Positions 63,255-64,000 of a stretch of DNA of 64,000 bases are shown piece after piece. The notes beneath the pieces were generated by a model. It was not told the origin of the DNA, did not search any database, and saw only the letters and a program-made list of their open reading frames with translations. A program made the position numbers and the translations under genes. The DNA is from Planctomycetota bacterium (GTDB lineage: Bacteria > Planctomycetota > Phycisphaerae > WQYP01), in NCBI GenBank assembly GCA_021805985.1, contig JAJZDN010000011.1:19151-83150 (forward strand). The letters are read 5' to 3'. Position 1 is the first letter of the stretch. Each line of letters opens with the position of its first letter.

Positions 63255-63677
63255 ATGCCAACGTATGAATATCGCTGTGAAAAGTGCGGCCATGAGTTTG
63301 AAGAATTTCAATCTATCACGGCCAAGCCGATAAAAAAATGTCCGAAGTGCGGCAAGCCGGCAGTCAAGCGGCTGATCTCGGCGGGGGTGGGGATTATATT
63401 TCGCGGCAGCGGCTTTTATGAAACGGATTATCGCTCGGATCAATATAAGCAGGCGGCTAAAAAAGAATCGGAAGCCGGCAAACCGGAAACCACCGCCACC
63501 GATGCGAAAGCTGACGGCAAAGCCGGCGCAAAATCAGACGCTACACCCGATGCCAAGCCCGATTCTAAGTCCGGTGAAAAAACTGAATCTAAAACACCTC
63601 CTCCCACCGCCAGTACGCCCGCGGTGGAAAAAAAATCCGCACCGGCACCCAAGGCATCAAAATCAGCGAAAAAATAA
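63255..63677 (+). CDS. FmdB-family zinc-ribbon protein with low-complexity tail
   Basis: MPTYEYRCEKCGHEFE...CPKCG...IIFRGSGFYETDY. GGAG RBS. Confidence 0.9.
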   Translation: MPTYEYRCEKCGHEFEEFQSITAKPIKKCPKCGKPAVKRLISAGVGIIFRGSGFYETDYRSDQYKQAAKKESEAGKPETTATDAKADGKAGAKSDATPDAKPDSKSGEKTESKTPPPTASTPAVEKKSAPAPKASKSAKK

Positions 63678-63716
63678 CGGATATACAATTAACCGCCCGC
63701 AAGGAACGCTTGGCAA

Positions 63717-63932
63717 ATGACTGATTCACAACATCCTGCTCCGCAACGCGTGTGCCCAATATGCAAAGCGCCCGCGGATATAAACAACCAGGCGTTTCCT
63801 TTTTGCAGTCCGCGTTGCCGACTCATTGACTTGAACCAGTGGATGGAAGGGCGCTATAGCGTTACGCGGCCCTTGGATCCACAGGATATTGATGAAGGTC
63901 AAACGGGCGGCGACGACGTTGCGCCCCCGTGA
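63717..63932 (+). CDS. yacG: DNA gyrase inhibitor YacG
   Basis: CPIC...FPFCSPRCRLIDLNQW.EGRY. Confidence 0.92.
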   Translation: MTDSQHPAPQRVCPICKAPADINNQAFPFCSPRCRLIDLNQWMEGRYSVTRPLDPQDIDEGQTGGDDVAPP

Positions 63933-64000
63933 CGTATTTCCGGATAGGCGTAAGCTGCGCCCCCGGCAGAAAATCAGACCGTTCACACTCGCTATCGGAT

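Overview
A bacterial chromosomal segment, probably from Planctomycetota/Phycisphaerae. This is inferred from gene content (TPR-alphaCTD protein, groEL-groES-groEL order, YdjY-like protein), not from a search. Housekeeping genes include ruvX (partial), manC, proA, gyrB, uvrB, fumC, rpmE, prfA, dxr-rseP, ald, tilS, purN, gdh, groEL-groES-groEL-dnaJ-grpE-fmdB-like-yacG, tRNA-Met(CAT) and tRNA-Arg(CCT). A GlcNAc/chito-oligosaccharide locus holds a ROK regulator, a long nagB, a sugar porter and two GH20 paralogues. The most unusual parts are: (1) a ~5 kb accessory island between tRNA-Arg and purN with apparent toxin-tip remnants abutting immunity-like genes, a TIR protein, a TA module between two copies of the purN 3' end, and bracketing inverted repeat clusters; (2) a six-unit ~92-bp tandem array of interlocking hairpins after prfA; (3) several dispersed repeat families (a 280-bp MITE in two copies, heptamer-tailed elements with a shared core, a REP-like palindrome); (4) a sigma54-type promoter layout upstream of the chaperone operon; (5) a TPR protein with two RNA polymerase alpha-CTD domains. 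No CRISPR array, rRNA, integrase or intact transposase was recognised. Family names come from motif recognition, not database searches.
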